Source of the DNA: the human T2T-CHM13v2.0 reference genome, Homo sapiens
DNA: 64,000 bases
Assembly (NCBI RefSeq): GCF_009914755.1
Contig: NC_060944.1
Direction: 5' to 3' (one strand)
The position numbers and the translations under genes were made by a program. The notes under the pieces are model-generated. The model saw only the letters and a program-made list of their open reading frames with translations. It was not told where the DNA came from and made no database searches. Shown piece by piece: positions 1 through 16,240 of this stretch. Positions within the stretch are counted from its first letter, which is position 1; the number at the start of each line of letters is the position of its first letter.

Positions 1-107
1 GGAGGAGCGTGAGGGGCAGCACATGGGTGTGGTCACGAAGGCGTTGATGAAGTGCGCCCCGCCCTGCTCCATGATGCGCCGGGTCTTGTTCATCACCTGC
101 ATGGAAC
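1..107 (-). CDS. SULF2: SULF2 exon 3 (second coding exon), truncated by window edge; contains sulfatase catalytic motif CCPSR
   Basis: Minus strand reads ttgcag|GT TCC ATG CAG GTG ATG AAC AAG ACC... = (G)[35 protein letters not shown]. Acceptor cag at 110-108; phase matches exon 2 (CTG G|GT = Gly59). CxPxR at 21-7; the Cys88 codon (formylglycine site) is 21-19; N-glycosylation sequon NKT. Not listed in the ORF track. Confidence 0.98.
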
Positions 108-770
108 CTGCAAGTCAAGGGTGGAAGTAAGGCGCAGGGCAGGAGACCCGGGCGGCACCGGCACCAGGGGGCTCTCAGCACGTGGCATCCCTAGGTCTGG
201 AGTGGGCACATTCTGCAGACCTACGGGGCAGACGGGGCAGGGGCCACTGCTGCACGGTGGGACTGTCCTGCATAATCAGGAAGGACCCTGGGTCCCGAGT
301 CCACCTGGACACTCCTGAGGTCCAGGTCTGGAGTCTGGAGGATTTTGCAATGGTGCTGGAGGTGAGTGACTGTAAGTGACTGTACTGTCACTGTCCGGTA
401 CTGTAATTGCATCTCTACCTGCAAGGCAGGTAAAAACCTGTTTATAAATGACCTGAGACTGGAATCAAACTGTTTTACAAATTTTAAACACAACATTGTT
501 TTTGCAGGGTTGGTTTGGAAACCAACCACCATGTAAATTGAGGGAAGATTATACTTTCTTTTCTTTGGAACTTTCCCAATAATTGTTTGCTCTTACTGAA
601 ATCTGGTCATGCCAACCTGGTGGCAAACCTTCTCCCTGAGTATTCCCTGGCTGAGGTGCTCTGCCATCAGCCACAAACCCTGCTGGCCTCTTGTCCACAC
701 TTTTCTTCGAGCCTGGAACCCACCACCCCTCACCCCAAATCCAACCCATCGGCCTAGTACCCTCTCATAG

Positions 771-1185
<415 letters not shown>

Positions 1186-1534
1186 ATGCCTGCTCTTGTT
1201 TCTCAACCAAGCTGTAAGCAGAGCAAGACACTTAGGAAGAAAGGCAAGAAGGAAGGAAGGAAGCAAATGAACGTGTGTGGGAGCCCTACTGCGTGCAGGC
1301 CAAGGTCCCAGGAGGGCAAAAGCTGTGTGCTCCGCTCAGCGCTGAATCCTCAGCACTGCTGCCGTGTGTGACACACAGTGGGTACTCAACATAGGTGTGA
1401 CGAGTGCATGCTCAATTGTATGCTGTGGTTGGTACCCAGACCCTTAGTGATTTGATGGAAATATTCCATGGAAACCCTCTCTCCTTCTTCTATGGCCATC
1501 CTTGGTTTTTCCCCTTTTCCTTGCAGTTCTTAAG

Positions 1535-2375
1535 GTGTGCAGTGGGTTGAACGGTGCCCCCGTCCCCTAAAGATAAGACCATGTCCTAATTTCTGGAAGC
1601 TGTGAATGTGACCATATTTGGAAAGAGGGTGATATGGTTTGGCTGTGTCCCCACCCAAATCTCATCTTGAATTGTGGCTCCCATATTTCCCACGTGTTGT
1701 GAGAGGGATCTGATGGGAGACAGTTGAATCATGGGGGTTGTTTCCCCCATACTGTTCTCTTGGTAGTGAATAAGTCTCACGAGATTTGATGGTTTTATAA
1801 AGGTTTTCCCTCTTGCTTGGTTCTCATTCTCTCTTGCCTACCGCCATGTAAGATGTGCCTTTCACCTTCTGCCATGATCCTGAGGCCTCCCCAGCCACAT
1901 GGAACTAAGTCCATTAAACCTCTTTTTCTTTCTAAATTACCCAGTCTCGGGTATATCTTTATCAGCAGCATGAAGACAGACCAATACAGGGTGTCTTTGC
2001 AGATGTAATTAAATTGAGGCTACTGAAATGAGATTTGTTCTGGATTCCCCAGGTGGGCCCTAAATCCAGTGACAAGTGTCCACATAGGACACAAAGTGGA
2101 GAAGACGCACAGGCACAGAGGGGAAGGCCACATTCAAAGGGAAGCAGAGACTGGAGGGATGCACATACAAGCCAAGGAACAAGGAACTCCTAGGGTCCCC
2201 AGGGCTGGAAGAGGCAAGGAAGGGCTCTCCCCTAGAGCCTTCTGAGGAAGCACAGCCATGCTAACACCTTGATTTTGGACTTCCGGCCTCCAGAACTGTT
2301 GAGAGAGTAAATTTCTGTTGTTTTAAGCCACCCAGTTTGTGATCTGTTAGGACAGCAGTGGGAAACCAAAACAGG
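1535..2375 (+). mobile_element. MLT1-type MaLR LTR interrupted by a THE1 LTR
   Basis: MLT1 motifs (gtgaatgtgaccatatttggaaa...tctttgcagatgtaattaa; gccaaggaa...agaggcaaggaa; ttttaagccacccagtttgt). Confidence 0.8.
1630..1988 (+). mobile_element. THE1 (THE1C-like) solo LTR
   Basis: TGATATGGTTTGGCTGTGTCCCCACCCAAATCTC...AATACA, ~360 bp, TG...CA ends. Confidence 0.9.
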
Positions 2376-2967
2376 GTCTACCAGGCATGTGAAGGCTGTG
2401 ATCCCAATCACCTAGCAACCCCCTAGAAACCTGAAAACAAGCATCAGACCCACTGCAGCCTCCTGGGATCTGGGGAAGGCCCTCTGCTCAGCAATCAGCT
2501 GCTTCTACTTTAAATTTTTACCACCAATCAAGGCACCAAGGTCGTGCCCCTGAGGTCCCAGTATTGCACATTGGCCGCCCTCCCACCTCCTGGCCCCTGC
2601 CTCAGCCGTACCCCCAGCCTGGGATGCTCTCACTCCTCCAATCACAGGGCTACCTCTGTCTCCTTCAAGTTATTGATCAGACACCACCTTCTTGGAGAGG
2701 CCTTCCCTGGCCTGTATTGAAACCACCTCCCGCAACCCATAGCACTCTCCACTCTGCTTCCCCGCTCCGTGTCTCTCCACAGCAGTTACTGTCCTCAAAC
2801 ATAAGTCATTTTGATTTCACTTATTTGTATGTTGCTGCCTTCACCACAAGGGCAGAGACTCAGCCTACTTTGTTCACTGCCTAGCACAGTGCCTGGCACA
2901 TAATGTGCTCAACAGAGACCAGCTAAATTAACATATAAAATACTATCTTACACTTGGGTTTTCATAT

Positions 2968-3172
2968 CTCAGGAGTCCAAACCAGTTGGTGTCCACAGAC
3001 CTGTGTGTTGGTGTCTTGTAGAGTGGGTTTTAAAAATGTGACATTAAATAGTATCACACAGGATATGTGCTCTCCAGTTTGCCACACTCCCCCGTGCTCC
3101 CTACAGTCTTACACCACCTGCACCCACTCTCATTACCTGCCCGACCCCTGAAGGCTTGGGTGTTGCAACCTT
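2968..3172 (-). mobile_element. Decayed MER102-like hAT-Charlie fragment
   Basis: atgtgctctccagtttgccaca and ttgcaacc motifs. Confidence 0.45.
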
Positions 3173-3999
3173 CTGATATAGCTAAGGAACTGAGAGCACT
3201 CCAACTTATTCCTGGGGAAGAGGGCAGTCTTCTATGCCAGTAATAATCATTATAATTAATAGTGGCGACTATCACTGGCTGAATGCTTATGGCTGGGCTG
3301 AAGACATTCATCACTTAATTCTCCCAATGGCCCATTTGACAGAAGAGGGAACTGAACCTGGGGAGCTGAATGACTGGCTAAGGCTGCACAGCTGGGAAGG
3401 CAGTGAAGACTCAAGCCTAGCAGAGGCGGGGTGCTGAGTTTCACGTTCACAAAATGTCACAGTCACACGGGAGGTGGTAACAGTGTCCTGAGGAAGTGCA
3501 TAGAGGTCCCCATGCTCTTGGTCCACTCTTGGCTTCAGTTAAGCTCAGAATGGTCCCTTGGTGACCCAGAAGGGGGTCCTCTAGTGGTGACTTCATCAGG
3601 CACACCAGGGGTGGGGGTGGCCCAGGGTCACATCACCAAACACCAGGGATGCTGGTGGTGTGAAAGGCCACTGGGAGCTCCAGGCAGGGGGTGGCATTGC
3701 CTTAGATTAATTGCGTGGCTTGGTTTCCTTCTACTTAGGGCAAGTAACCTTAGCTTTTCCTTTAGGGTGGTGGAAATCCTCTTAAAACAACAACAACAAC
3801 AAACAATTGCAGCCGATTTTTAAAAAGTAAATAATCGTACAAGTGGCACACAGATATATGATGAAAATTGTGAGGGAATGATTAGAATTTGGCAATCATT
3901 GGCTTGGTAAAACCCGGACCTGACATCCCTTGATGTGTGGCTTGGTACAACCCTGACATCCATTGATGTCATTCGGCTGTCGATTAGACCTCAGGTGCC

Positions 4000-4785
4000 A
4001 CACCCACAGCCAAGCCCTGATGTCACCGTCCCTCCTGCTCCTCCCGAAGCCACTCCCCTTTCCTCCGGGTACTTGGGCAATCATCTTGGCTACGGTTCCT
4101 CCCATCTTTCAGTTCCCACATCCAATCCATCAGCAAAGCCTGTTGCCCTCTCTTCAACGTAAACACCCACGATCGTACCCTTGCCACCTCCCCCGTGGGT
4201 CAGGCGATCATCCTCTCTCCCTGAAATCAGGCCAGTTGCTTCCTGATTGGACTCCAGTCACTTATTCCCCACGGTGTAGCCAGAGTCTCCTGTCCTGACA
4301 CTCTCCGGGGCTCCTGCTCACTCAGAGGAGCCCAAATCTTTCTGGCCATCCACAGAGTGTGGTGGGACCCAATCCCCTCCCCTCCCTAACCCCATCCCCC
4401 TCTCCGCCCACTCTCTGCAGCCACAGGGTCCCCTGCTCTGTCCACAGACTGACCAGGCGTGCTCCCATCCCAGAACCTGTGCCCTGCTGTTCCTTCTGCC
4501 TGGAAGACCTCTCCCCCGGAGCCCCGCAGCGGTGCCCTCACCCCCTTCTTGTCTTTACTCAAAAGTTCCCTTCTCCGTGGAGTCTTCCCTGGCCCCCAAT
4601 ATTTTCTACTCCCTTCCTTGCCTGACATTTTCAACCCTGCACTCATCATCTAACACATGATATACTTTTATGTTTTTATCTACTGATCCCGTTTGCTGTT
4701 CCCTGTGACTTTTGATGGCTCCACAGCTCAGCCTAGAACAGTGCCTGGCACGCAGTGGGTGCTCATAAATATTTCTTAAATGCAC
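4000..4785 (+). mobile_element. L2 fragment(s)
   Basis: Ends in the L2 3' signature cctagaacagtgcctggcacgcagtgggtgctcataaatattt. Confidence 0.65.
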
Positions 4786-6455
4786 GAGTCCAGGGCACCC
4801 CAAGTGGAATCGATCCTTTGCTCCCTAGTCCCAAACACGAAGGAGAAAGGACGAAGCAGCTGGTAGTGAGAGCTCAGCCTCTCTCGGTCTCCAGACCCTG
4901 CAGAAAGGACAAAAGCTGGCCACCCACCTAACTGGTCAGACCCTTCTCCTGGAAGGGAACGCAGGGCAGGCCGTCACCTGATGAAATCACCTGCACTCCG
5001 CAGCCCCCAGTGCTGCCTTGGCAAACAGTGAACAGCCTCCAGAACCATTTCTTGTTTTTAATGGGCTCAGATCCAGGGTCTCGAAATGCTTAGATCTCCT
5101 TCCTCCTCATTCCAGAGGAAGCGAGCTGTGAGGTGCTCTTGGCCAGCACTCACCCTTCCCAAATCAGCTGGCGGAGGAGCGCTGTGTCAATCCACGAGTA
5201 AAGGACAACAGTGCCCCGGAATGACAGCAGCATCTGTGCATGGGCAGTGCTATGTGCTAAGCCTCCCCTTGGGGACAGTAACCTGCTTTATTAAAACTGC
5301 CATAGCGACGAGGCTGTGTAAACCTACCTCTGTAACACAAAAACATATGATCTCATCCCCTTGCCCAGCCCCAGCCCTAATGCAGAAGGACAGCTCCGAC
5401 GGGAGGGAAGGACCTGAACGACACGGCCACACAGAAATGAAAAGGCCAGTTTTCAAGCTTTTCAATGCAGCTGGGCCAGCCAACCTCAACTTCTTTCGTC
5501 CAACATAAACCTGGGGACATGCAGACAAAAACAGACCCGGTTTCTTTCCATGACCAAACCTTCCCACCATACTGGGTTGAGGGTGAGGTCACTCTGACAC
5601 CTCTGTGACTCTGATGGGCTGGAGAGGCCTCACCCCCAGGCCCATCTGTTGGGATTTAAACTTGGGGGCCCAAACCACCCAACTGCTAGAATGCAGTTTC
5701 TCCCATGACACTCCTGAACTGCCTCCCCATTCACGGTGGCTTTTTGGGGGCCTGTGTACCACTGTGCTATGATTTGTTTGATATTTGTATTTAACGTGAT
5801 TTAAGAAAAAACCCTTTAATCTCAATCCAAGTTAACTACGTCGAGTTAGAGAATTAAGGTGTGAGTTATATATATATATTTTTGGATGCACCATCCAGTA
5901 AGTCCATCGTTGATAAAATCAATATTTTGCTGACCTGCCACAGATGACGACGTTGCCAGTGTCATAGGAAATGCTGAATGAATTTGCTCTTCTAAAGGTC
6001 TAAGTCAGAGCAAACACTATCTATGGGGACTTAGCAAGGTGCCAGGGAGTTTCAGGATTCAAAACTTGATTTTTTTTTTTTTTTTTTTTTTTTTTTGCCA
6101 TTCCTGAGGCTTAGGTGGCTCCTATCTGTTGGAGGCCTGCTTCAGCTGGGAGCAGGGGAACCCTGTACCCCTCCCAGACAAATCCCTGCGGCCCTCAACT
6201 TGGGTGATTTTGATGTATAACTAGTGAGATGCCTTCCTATGGCTAGTTTCTTAAAATTATAGATATTATTAGAGTCTGTGATGGCAGGGCCTCCTAGGGA
6301 AAGCAGCAGAAGGAAGAATGGGGCAGGGAGAAAAATAAAGGCGGAGTCAGTAAACACAGGACCTTGACTTAAATTCACTCTAATCACTGTTTTCTCTGCC
6401 TGGACTATTGCAGTAGGCTCCCAAGCTGTTCTATTCTCCGTTTGGTGGCCAGAGG

Positions 6456-6873
<418 letters not shown>

Positions 6874-7244
6874 TGATCCGGATGCTCACTCGCCCCAACT
6901 ACAACTCCTACTGTGCGCTCTCTCTCTAAGCTTCCTCTGCTCCAGTCACATTGACCTCCTCCTTGTTGTTCCTCGAACACACCAAGCACGCTTCTGCCTC
7001 AGGACCTTTGCACCTGCCACTCCTCAGCCCAGACTCAGTCCCTCATTGCCTTCAGGTTTCTGCAAATATCACCTTCTCAGCAAGGCTTTCTCTGGACTGT
7101 GCTGATTAGAATCATGCCCTCCCCTTCCTTCTTGCCTTTTGCTGCTCTTCCTGGTGCTTCCGTGTGAGTAAATGAAGAGTAAACATTCTTAGGGGACATG
7201 CAGGCTACAGATTCTTAGGGGACATGCAGGTGCCTTTGGGGTGA

Positions 7245-7817
<573 letters not shown>

Positions 7818-8359
7818 ACTGTTATCCACTGTGGCCACTGTTGTGGCCACATATCACCTGCTACACTCTACCTGGGGCCAGTCTGCTCCCAGGGGCCCCC
7901 AAGCTGTGCTTTCTTTCCTTGAGGAGAGGGGCATTAAAGTCCACCTGGCATGGGGCAGGCTGAGGATGAAGGGGGCACCACACACCCCTCTCCAGGCCGC
8001 GTCCTTCTCCTGATTCCTCTCTTACCTGTTTTGTTTTGTATGTTAAAAGGGTTCAGCTGCTACAAATGAATATGTGTGTGTGTGTATAACACACACACAA
8101 ACAGATGCACATATACACTTCAGTCCTAGACTGAATCACCAGGTCCTTTTTCATCTGTAGACTTTGGGTGCCAAAGAGCACTGAATTGAGAGGCCAAGAA
8201 TGAGGTGTGAACTGCCGTAAATCACTGACTTTGAGCCTCAGCTTCCCTGTCTGTAAAAACACAGCCCATAAATAACTTTAGGTATAAGGTTTGACTATGA
8301 AATTCTAGGATAGATTCTAGAACCTATCGCTATGTCACCATACTCAATAGGATGAAAAA

Positions 8360-8523
8360 GGTTTTCAGTCAGAAGGCCTGATTCCAAATCTTGATTTCTG
8401 CCACTTCCTATTAACCAGGTACCTTGTGCAAATGATTTAGTCACCCTGCACCTCAGTTTCCCCATCTGCAAAGCGGGAGAATAACAGTGCCTCCTTCTCA
8501 GGGTTGTTCTGAGTTTTGAGGGG

Positions 8524-8584
<61 letters not shown>

Positions 8585-8635
8585 TTTTTTAGTTCAATGC
8601 TTGACATACGGAAAGCACTTAATGCATGCCAGCTT
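8360..8635 (+). mobile_element. MIR split by a compound microsatellite
   Basis: MIR core cctcagtttccccatctgcaaa...agggttgttctgag. Confidence 0.7.
8524..8584. repeat. (A)n(TA)n(CA)n compound microsatellite
   Basis: Read directly. Confidence 0.95.
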
Positions 8636-8636
8636 T

Positions 8637-8942
<306 letters not shown>

Positions 8943-9019
8943 CATGTCAGCTTTTCAACAAGTATCGTCTCACGCGGAGTTAAAAAACGGAGTCCCTCTA
9001 GACTAAATCTTGTCTGCAT

Positions 9020-9288
9020 GTGTGTTTGATTTAGGTCTGCCCAAAAGGAAAGGATTTTAAAAATTGAATGGCCTTTTTCTTTAATTGCGAGATTTCACAT
9101 CAATTCAGCTTTCTGGCTTTGCTTGAAAAATGCAAAGACCTGGCTTTGATGGGCCCACAGTGGGCTGGACCTGAGTAGCGAAGGCCCACTTGACAAGGTC
9201 CTCCTCTGGTCTTCCACCACCCCTACCATGCCGACTTCCTCCTTGCCAGCACCTGCCTAGCCCTGTGGGCATGGAGTTTGCAACCCTT
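9020..9288 (-). mobile_element. MER102-like hAT-Charlie element
   Basis: gagatttcacat...cttgaaaaat...ggcatggagtttgcaaccct end motif. Confidence 0.6.
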
Positions 9289-9767
9289 AGCTGATTCAAT
9301 TCCAAGTGAAGGGAGCAGCTAAATAAATCTGCAAAGGTAACGCTCTACTGGGGCCCAGAGACCTGCAGAGAACAGGCATTCAGTGGGGAAGAGAGGCTGT
9401 GGGGTCAGGTACAGGTTGGAACAGAGTCTTGACCTGGACAGGTGGGGGATGAAGAGGGCTATGAGGTCGAGCCACAGGCGGGAAAGAACCTGTGTCCTGC
9501 ACTGACCTCTGGCTACTGGTGTCCACCTAACAGGCTGGAACTCATTCAGCAGCCCTCTCCTGGCCCTCAAATGTCCCTGGAATGTCCGCAGTGCTGTAGG
9601 ATCAGCTTGTGAGCTCCCTGCCATGACCAAGGCAACACCTGCTAATGGGCTGCAGCAGGCTGGGCTCCATCAGACCTGACCAACTGCCCCAGAATAGCTC
9701 TGTCTCCAGCAGAGGGGAGAGAAAGGCCTGGGGCACAAACAGCAGAAATCGGGAGCCACACTTGGGC

Positions 9768-10106
9768 AAAAGAAGGATGAGTTCATGTCCTTTGTAGGGA
9801 CATGGATGAAGCTGGAAACCATCATTCTCAGCAAATTATCACAAGGACAAAAGACCAAACACTGCACGTTCTCACTCATAGGTGGGAATTGAACAATGAG
9901 AACACTTGGACACAGGAAGGGGAACATCACACACTGGGGCCTGTTGTGGGGTGGGGGGAGAGGGGAGGGATAGCATTAGGAGATATACCTAATGTAAATG
10001 ACGAGTTAACGGGTGCAGCACACCAACATGGCACACATATACATATGTAACAAAACTGCACGTTGTGCACATGTACCCTAGAACTTAAATAAATAAAAAA
10101 AAAAAA

Positions 10107-10107
<1 letters not shown>
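9768..10107 (+). mobile_element. 5'-truncated L1PA (L1PA4/5-like) 3' end with poly-A, followed by (TA)n(CA)n
   Basis: gatgagttcatgtcctttgtagggacatggatgaagctggaaacc...gtaccctagaacttaa plus A-tail. Confidence 0.95.
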
Positions 10108-10139
<32 letters not shown>

Positions 10140-13081
10140 TAAAAAGGGAATCTCTTATTTTTCACCTAGTATAGATGTGCTCACTGCTGCTGGTGGCAAC
10201 TCTTGCTGTGCCTGTAACTCAATCCAGAATAATTACACTGGATTCTGGAGACCTGTTGCTCAGAGGTTGTTGTTTTTCTTTTGTTGGTGCAAAGGTGAAC
10301 CATTCCTGACTCTTGGACATTACAAAATAAAGACAAATGTTATTGCTGGTTTCAGCTACGAAAAGCCAAGGCTCCAAATCGGTTCCTAAACCCAAAATCA
10401 ATTAGGCAGATGTCGAGGAGGCAGGACTGAGATTCTATTAATAAGCATCGGGTTGTCAGAGAGACCATGCAGTTAATTTTTTCTCCGTTGCTTTCTGCTG
10501 CCTCTGGTTGCAGAAGTTCCTGGGAGAAAATTCTGCTATGGTCATCGTCAACCATAGCAGAGAGGTGGCAGAGCACACGTGGGAAAGGGCAGGGCTTGGG
10601 TGTAATTGACGAGGCTCTGCAATGATTGGTCATTTCCTCTCTGAGAAACTCCACCCAGAAATATTCCTCTAACTCAAAATGCTACAATCACCATCCCTGG
10701 GAGGGGATATTTATTCAATGGGGCAGGGCTTCCAGGGTGTTTTCCCCACTTTTCAGAAGGGGCTACGCAGAGCTGCTGCCCAGCCACAGGCCTGGTGGGT
10801 GATGTTTGCAAAGCAACCTAATGTCCCCCCCTTCCCCACCTCTCCCAATCTGTTCCTCCTGCCCCCGCCTTCCCATCTCTGTAAATGGCACTGCCATCTG
10901 CCCAACGGCTCAGCCAAAAACCTAGGAGTCATCCCCGATTCCTCTTCCCTCACCCACCCACTCACGATCCATAAAGCAAACCCTGCCGACCTTCCAAGCA
11001 GCACCGGAATCCACCCACCTCTCTCGCTCTGCAGTGCCCCGTCCTGCTCCGTACCACCAGCATCTCCCACCTGGACTGCTGCAAACACCACCTGATCTCC
11101 CTGCTTCCGCTCTTGTCCCTGGGCCACCCTCTTCACCTACAGCCGGGGTGTGCCTCTGAGAACATGCACGCATAGCTGACCAGCTCAGAACATTCTGGGG
11201 ACCTTCCATCGGGCATGCAATCAAATCCAGACCCTGCTGCATGGCCTGCTGGGGACCACCAGGTCTCCCCTGTCTGCTCTCTGCCGCCCTCTTCCCCATC
11301 CTCCTCCCCTTCATTCCCATGTCCTGCTGCCCTCCTCCAACGTCCTGGGAAACCTGTTCCTGCCACAGGGCTCTTGCACGTGCCGTGCTTCTGCCTGCAG
11401 TGCTCCTGCCTCGGGTTTCCACATGAATGTCTCCTCATGACACAGGTCTCCCCAGTGTTAGGCCACACAACCCCACTTCCCACTGCTAGGGGAGCTGCCC
11501 TCACTGGGACCCTTGCTCCTGATCTCTGGTGTTGCTGAGACCCTCAGTTGCCCACAAATATCTCTTTCTCCTTCTTCCTCTGATCAGGCTGTGACTTTAT
11601 TTTCAATGCACCCAGCTAGGAAACATTTCCCAGATTCCCTTATGGCCAAAGATGTGCCAGGAGCCTGCCTGCCGCCTTCCAGCCCTGCTCTCTGTCCAGT
11701 TCTCCACCCCAGGGCACTGGCCTGGAGGTGCTGGTTCAACAAGCCCCTTTGCTCTCTGGGCTTTGGGTTGGATTTGACTGACAAGGGCCCCTGGCAGGAG
11801 ATCGGAGAAAGAAGAAAGTGAGGTTGGTGGACAGATTCCTCCACCTTCCTCTCTGTGGTGCCAACAGAGGGTGACAGCTCTTGTGGGGTGACCCTCTGTG
11901 TCCCTGGGTTCCAGTAACCTCTTGTCCCACTGTTGCTAATTAGCCTGGGGCACTGCCCTATCCCTAGTGGTTTCCTCGCACTTGCTCACACCTTAGCAAA
12001 AAACACTTAAACCGTCTTCCAATGATTCAAATTTGCATGTGCTTTATAATTCTCGCTGAGATCATGTGGCTAAGTAAATAAGATCTATTCGTGTTGCATG
12101 TGACTTCTGAAGTGGTTTTTTTTTTTTTTCTTTTTCCTGCCCTTCTGCCTCTGCTTCCTTCTTCTTGCTGCCTAGAGTGTGGCTATGAGAGCTGGAGCTC
12201 CAGCAGCTGTTCTAACCACAAGGTGACTTTGCAGATGGAAGCTACGCAGTAAGTATGATGGAACAGAAAGGCAGAGAAGGAGCTTGGGTCCCTGATAACC
12301 TTGAAGCCACCAAGCCAGCCCTAGACTGCCTACCTCCAGACATTTGTATAATTCTGTCTTGTTTAAGCCACTGTTATTTTATGTTTTCTTTTACATGCAG
12401 CCAAACCTAATCCTGATACACTTAACTTCCAGAACTCAAGTGATCTCCCAAATGTTGCTGAATTGAAAAAAAATCATCTTACAGGAATGTGCTTGGCAAG
12501 CTGAACACCAGTGTGGGTCCGAATGAGCCTCTCTTCTTCCTGAGATAACCTGCATCCACATGTTTTTTCTCCTCTAGTGATCAGCGGCTAGAAGGCCAGG
12601 AGGTGGGATCTCAGAGAGGCTGAGCTGGAAGTTACCACTGATCTGGTGTCTGGAATCTGGGTATGTTGTCCTGGGCTTCCAGCCATCTGGCCCCTACAGA
12701 GAGTACTTGAGCCTGCGATTTGGAATTGATCTCCTGGATATCAGGCTGTGGCACAGGGTGTGGTTTCCTTGTGTTCACAGATGGAAAGTGGAAAACAGGA
12801 GGCCGGCCAGACCTCTGCTACATCTTTCTTTCAAAAGCCTGCCTCTCCCACTGGACAGTTCTCCAGGCTGTATTCCTGCAACTTTCAGGATCTGGGGAGG
12901 GTCTCAGATTCAGTAAAGCACAAACAAGCACACAGTTTGTATACGATCCCCACCGTGCCCTACTCTAAGTCCACCCAGGCCTGGGCCTCTCTCTTCAACG
13001 TCTGACTGATGTGGCTGCCTATTGGACAGTTCCTGTTGGCTTTTCACAGGCACCTGCAACTTCCCAGGTCCAGAACTGAGC

Positions 13082-13387
<306 letters not shown>

Positions 13388-13399
13388 ACAGCTTCTAAC

Positions 13400-14277
13400 C
13401 ATGGTTTTCCCCATCTCTGTACACAGAAAATCCATTCTCATAGTTTTTCAGGCCACAACCTTGGAGTCATTCTCAACTCTTCTTTACCATCCCTCATCAG
13501 TTCCATCAGCACTTGTATCAGCTCTACCTTTGAAATATGACCAGCACTTACTACTTTCCTCACTCTGGTCTGAACCGCTATCATCTCATGCCTGGACCAT
13601 TGCAATAGACTCCTCATTGGGCTCATCTCATGCGTGGACTGTTGCAGTAGACTCCTTACTGGACACCCTGCTCTCATTACACCTATTCAGTCTATTCTTC
13701 TAGAGGGGTCCTATGAAGACACAAATCAGATGCTCAATGTCCTCCTCTGCTCAATGTCCTCTATTGGTGTCCATCTCACTCAGAAAGCCAAAATCTTCCT
13801 CCCATTCAAAGGCTCATGCCTTGCACGGTCCATCCAACCACCACCTCCCTATTACCGTTCATTCTTCCTGCTGCTCTTGTGCACGCTGCTCTGGCCTCTT
13901 TGCGGCTCTGAGCCTGCTGAGACCGCATCTGCCTCAGGGCCTTAGCACACACCGTTCCCTCTGCCTGGAGTGCTCTTCCCCAGGGATCCCCCTTGACTGG
14001 TTTCCTTACCTTCTTTGCTCAGATTTCCCCTTCCCAATGAGACCACCCTATAGAAAATCCCAGCGATTCTTTTCTCCACCTTTCTCCTGGTTGATCGCCC
14101 CTCCTGGCTTCCCCTCCTGGCTTTATTCTCCTCCTCACTTTCTGCTCTTTTATGTACTATAGATTCGATGTGTCTTGTTAACTCTTGCATTAGAATGTAA
14201 GCTCTGTTTAGTTTGTTTGCTGTTGGATCTCCTTTGGCATACAGTAGGTGCTCAGGAAACACCTGCCGAATGAATAA
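13400..14277 (+). mobile_element. L2 fragment
   Basis: L2 motifs ending in cagtaggtgctcagg...gaatgaat. Confidence 0.7.
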
Positions 14278-15536
14278 GTCTGGTCCACAGTTTGAGCAGC
14301 TGCTTCAGAGAGCGCCATGTGAGGGTGTCACGAGCATCTCTCTAACTGGACTGCACACCAGCTACCTGCCTTCTTCTGGCACTAGCTTCTGAATTTTCCT
14401 TTGGGGAATCTGCTCTATCCCAATCCCAGTCCTCATGGTTCAAGTGGGGTTGGCTCCAGTCCTGGCTCCAGGAATGTGCACGTGACTCCATCTGGCCAAC
14501 CACTGTGTTCCATTCCCCTGAATCTGGTTGACCAGAAGTCCCAGACAGTGTCAGACCAAAAAGACTCAATTTGGGTACTCTCTTCTAGGTGAGAGAAGTT
14601 CTCTTTCCACAGGGATGGCTTGCACCTGTATGGTGTTCATGTGGGTCTAGTGATGCCAGGAATGCTGCCTGGAGAGCTGGCCTGAGAGTAAAGCCAACTT
14701 GGAGGAAAGCTGAGGTCAGGGAGATGGAGGGACAGAGGCCACCCAGAGACAAAGCTCCTAGATCCAGCCGCACCTGAAGCTCAATGTATACTTGGACTTA
14801 TTCATATGAGTCCAATAAAGTCCCCTTTTTGATTCCTCAATCCTGCTCGAGTTGGGTTTACATCACTCGTAACTGAGAGAATCCAGGCTGACAGAGAGTG
14901 GTTGTGACACACGCGTTTTTAACACCCAGTGGAAGGCTGGTTCCCATGGCACTTTTGCAGGCCCCAAAACCACCACTCAGTTGCTTTTCAACAGCCATGA
15001 TGGTGCAACTCTGTTCATCAGCAGAGGCAGTAATGGCAGAAGAACCCATGCCAAACTTGATTGACAAGTGTCACTCAAATTATGGGGTATGTAACCATGC
15101 CAGGCTCACATACCTGGCAGAGTGGGTGCCAGCTCACCTGCATGAGCGTGGACAGCACTCACCCCACTGTGTCAGCTGGGAGGAGACTCTAATGTTGCTG
15201 TTCAGTGCCATGAGACATTTAGATTTTAATGTCGTTTTGATATGCAAAGCTTGCTGTAGACAAACAACACTGTGGCATTGGCCCAGGGTGCTCTAACAGA
15301 GGATGGCTTTAACAACCCAAGTGAGAGCAAACTGTCACACATATGACAGGTGCCAGGTATTCCTCACAAGAATGCCAGGGAAACAGATCATCATCTCCAC
15401 TTTATAGATGAGTAAACTGAGGCACAGAGAGGGCAAATCTTTCCCAAGGACACATGGTCAATGGTAGAGTGAGGATTTGAACCTGGTGGCTAATGAGACA
15501 GCTCTTACCCTTGCAACTTTACTCGGAGTATTTTCA

Positions 15537-15923
<387 letters not shown>

Positions 15924-15926
15924 TCA

Positions 15927-16240
<314 letters not shown>

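Noticed and set aside
13581-13761. 42-bp-period and 14-bp tandem duplications
   Set aside because: Small slippage events inside an old L2; no functional signal.
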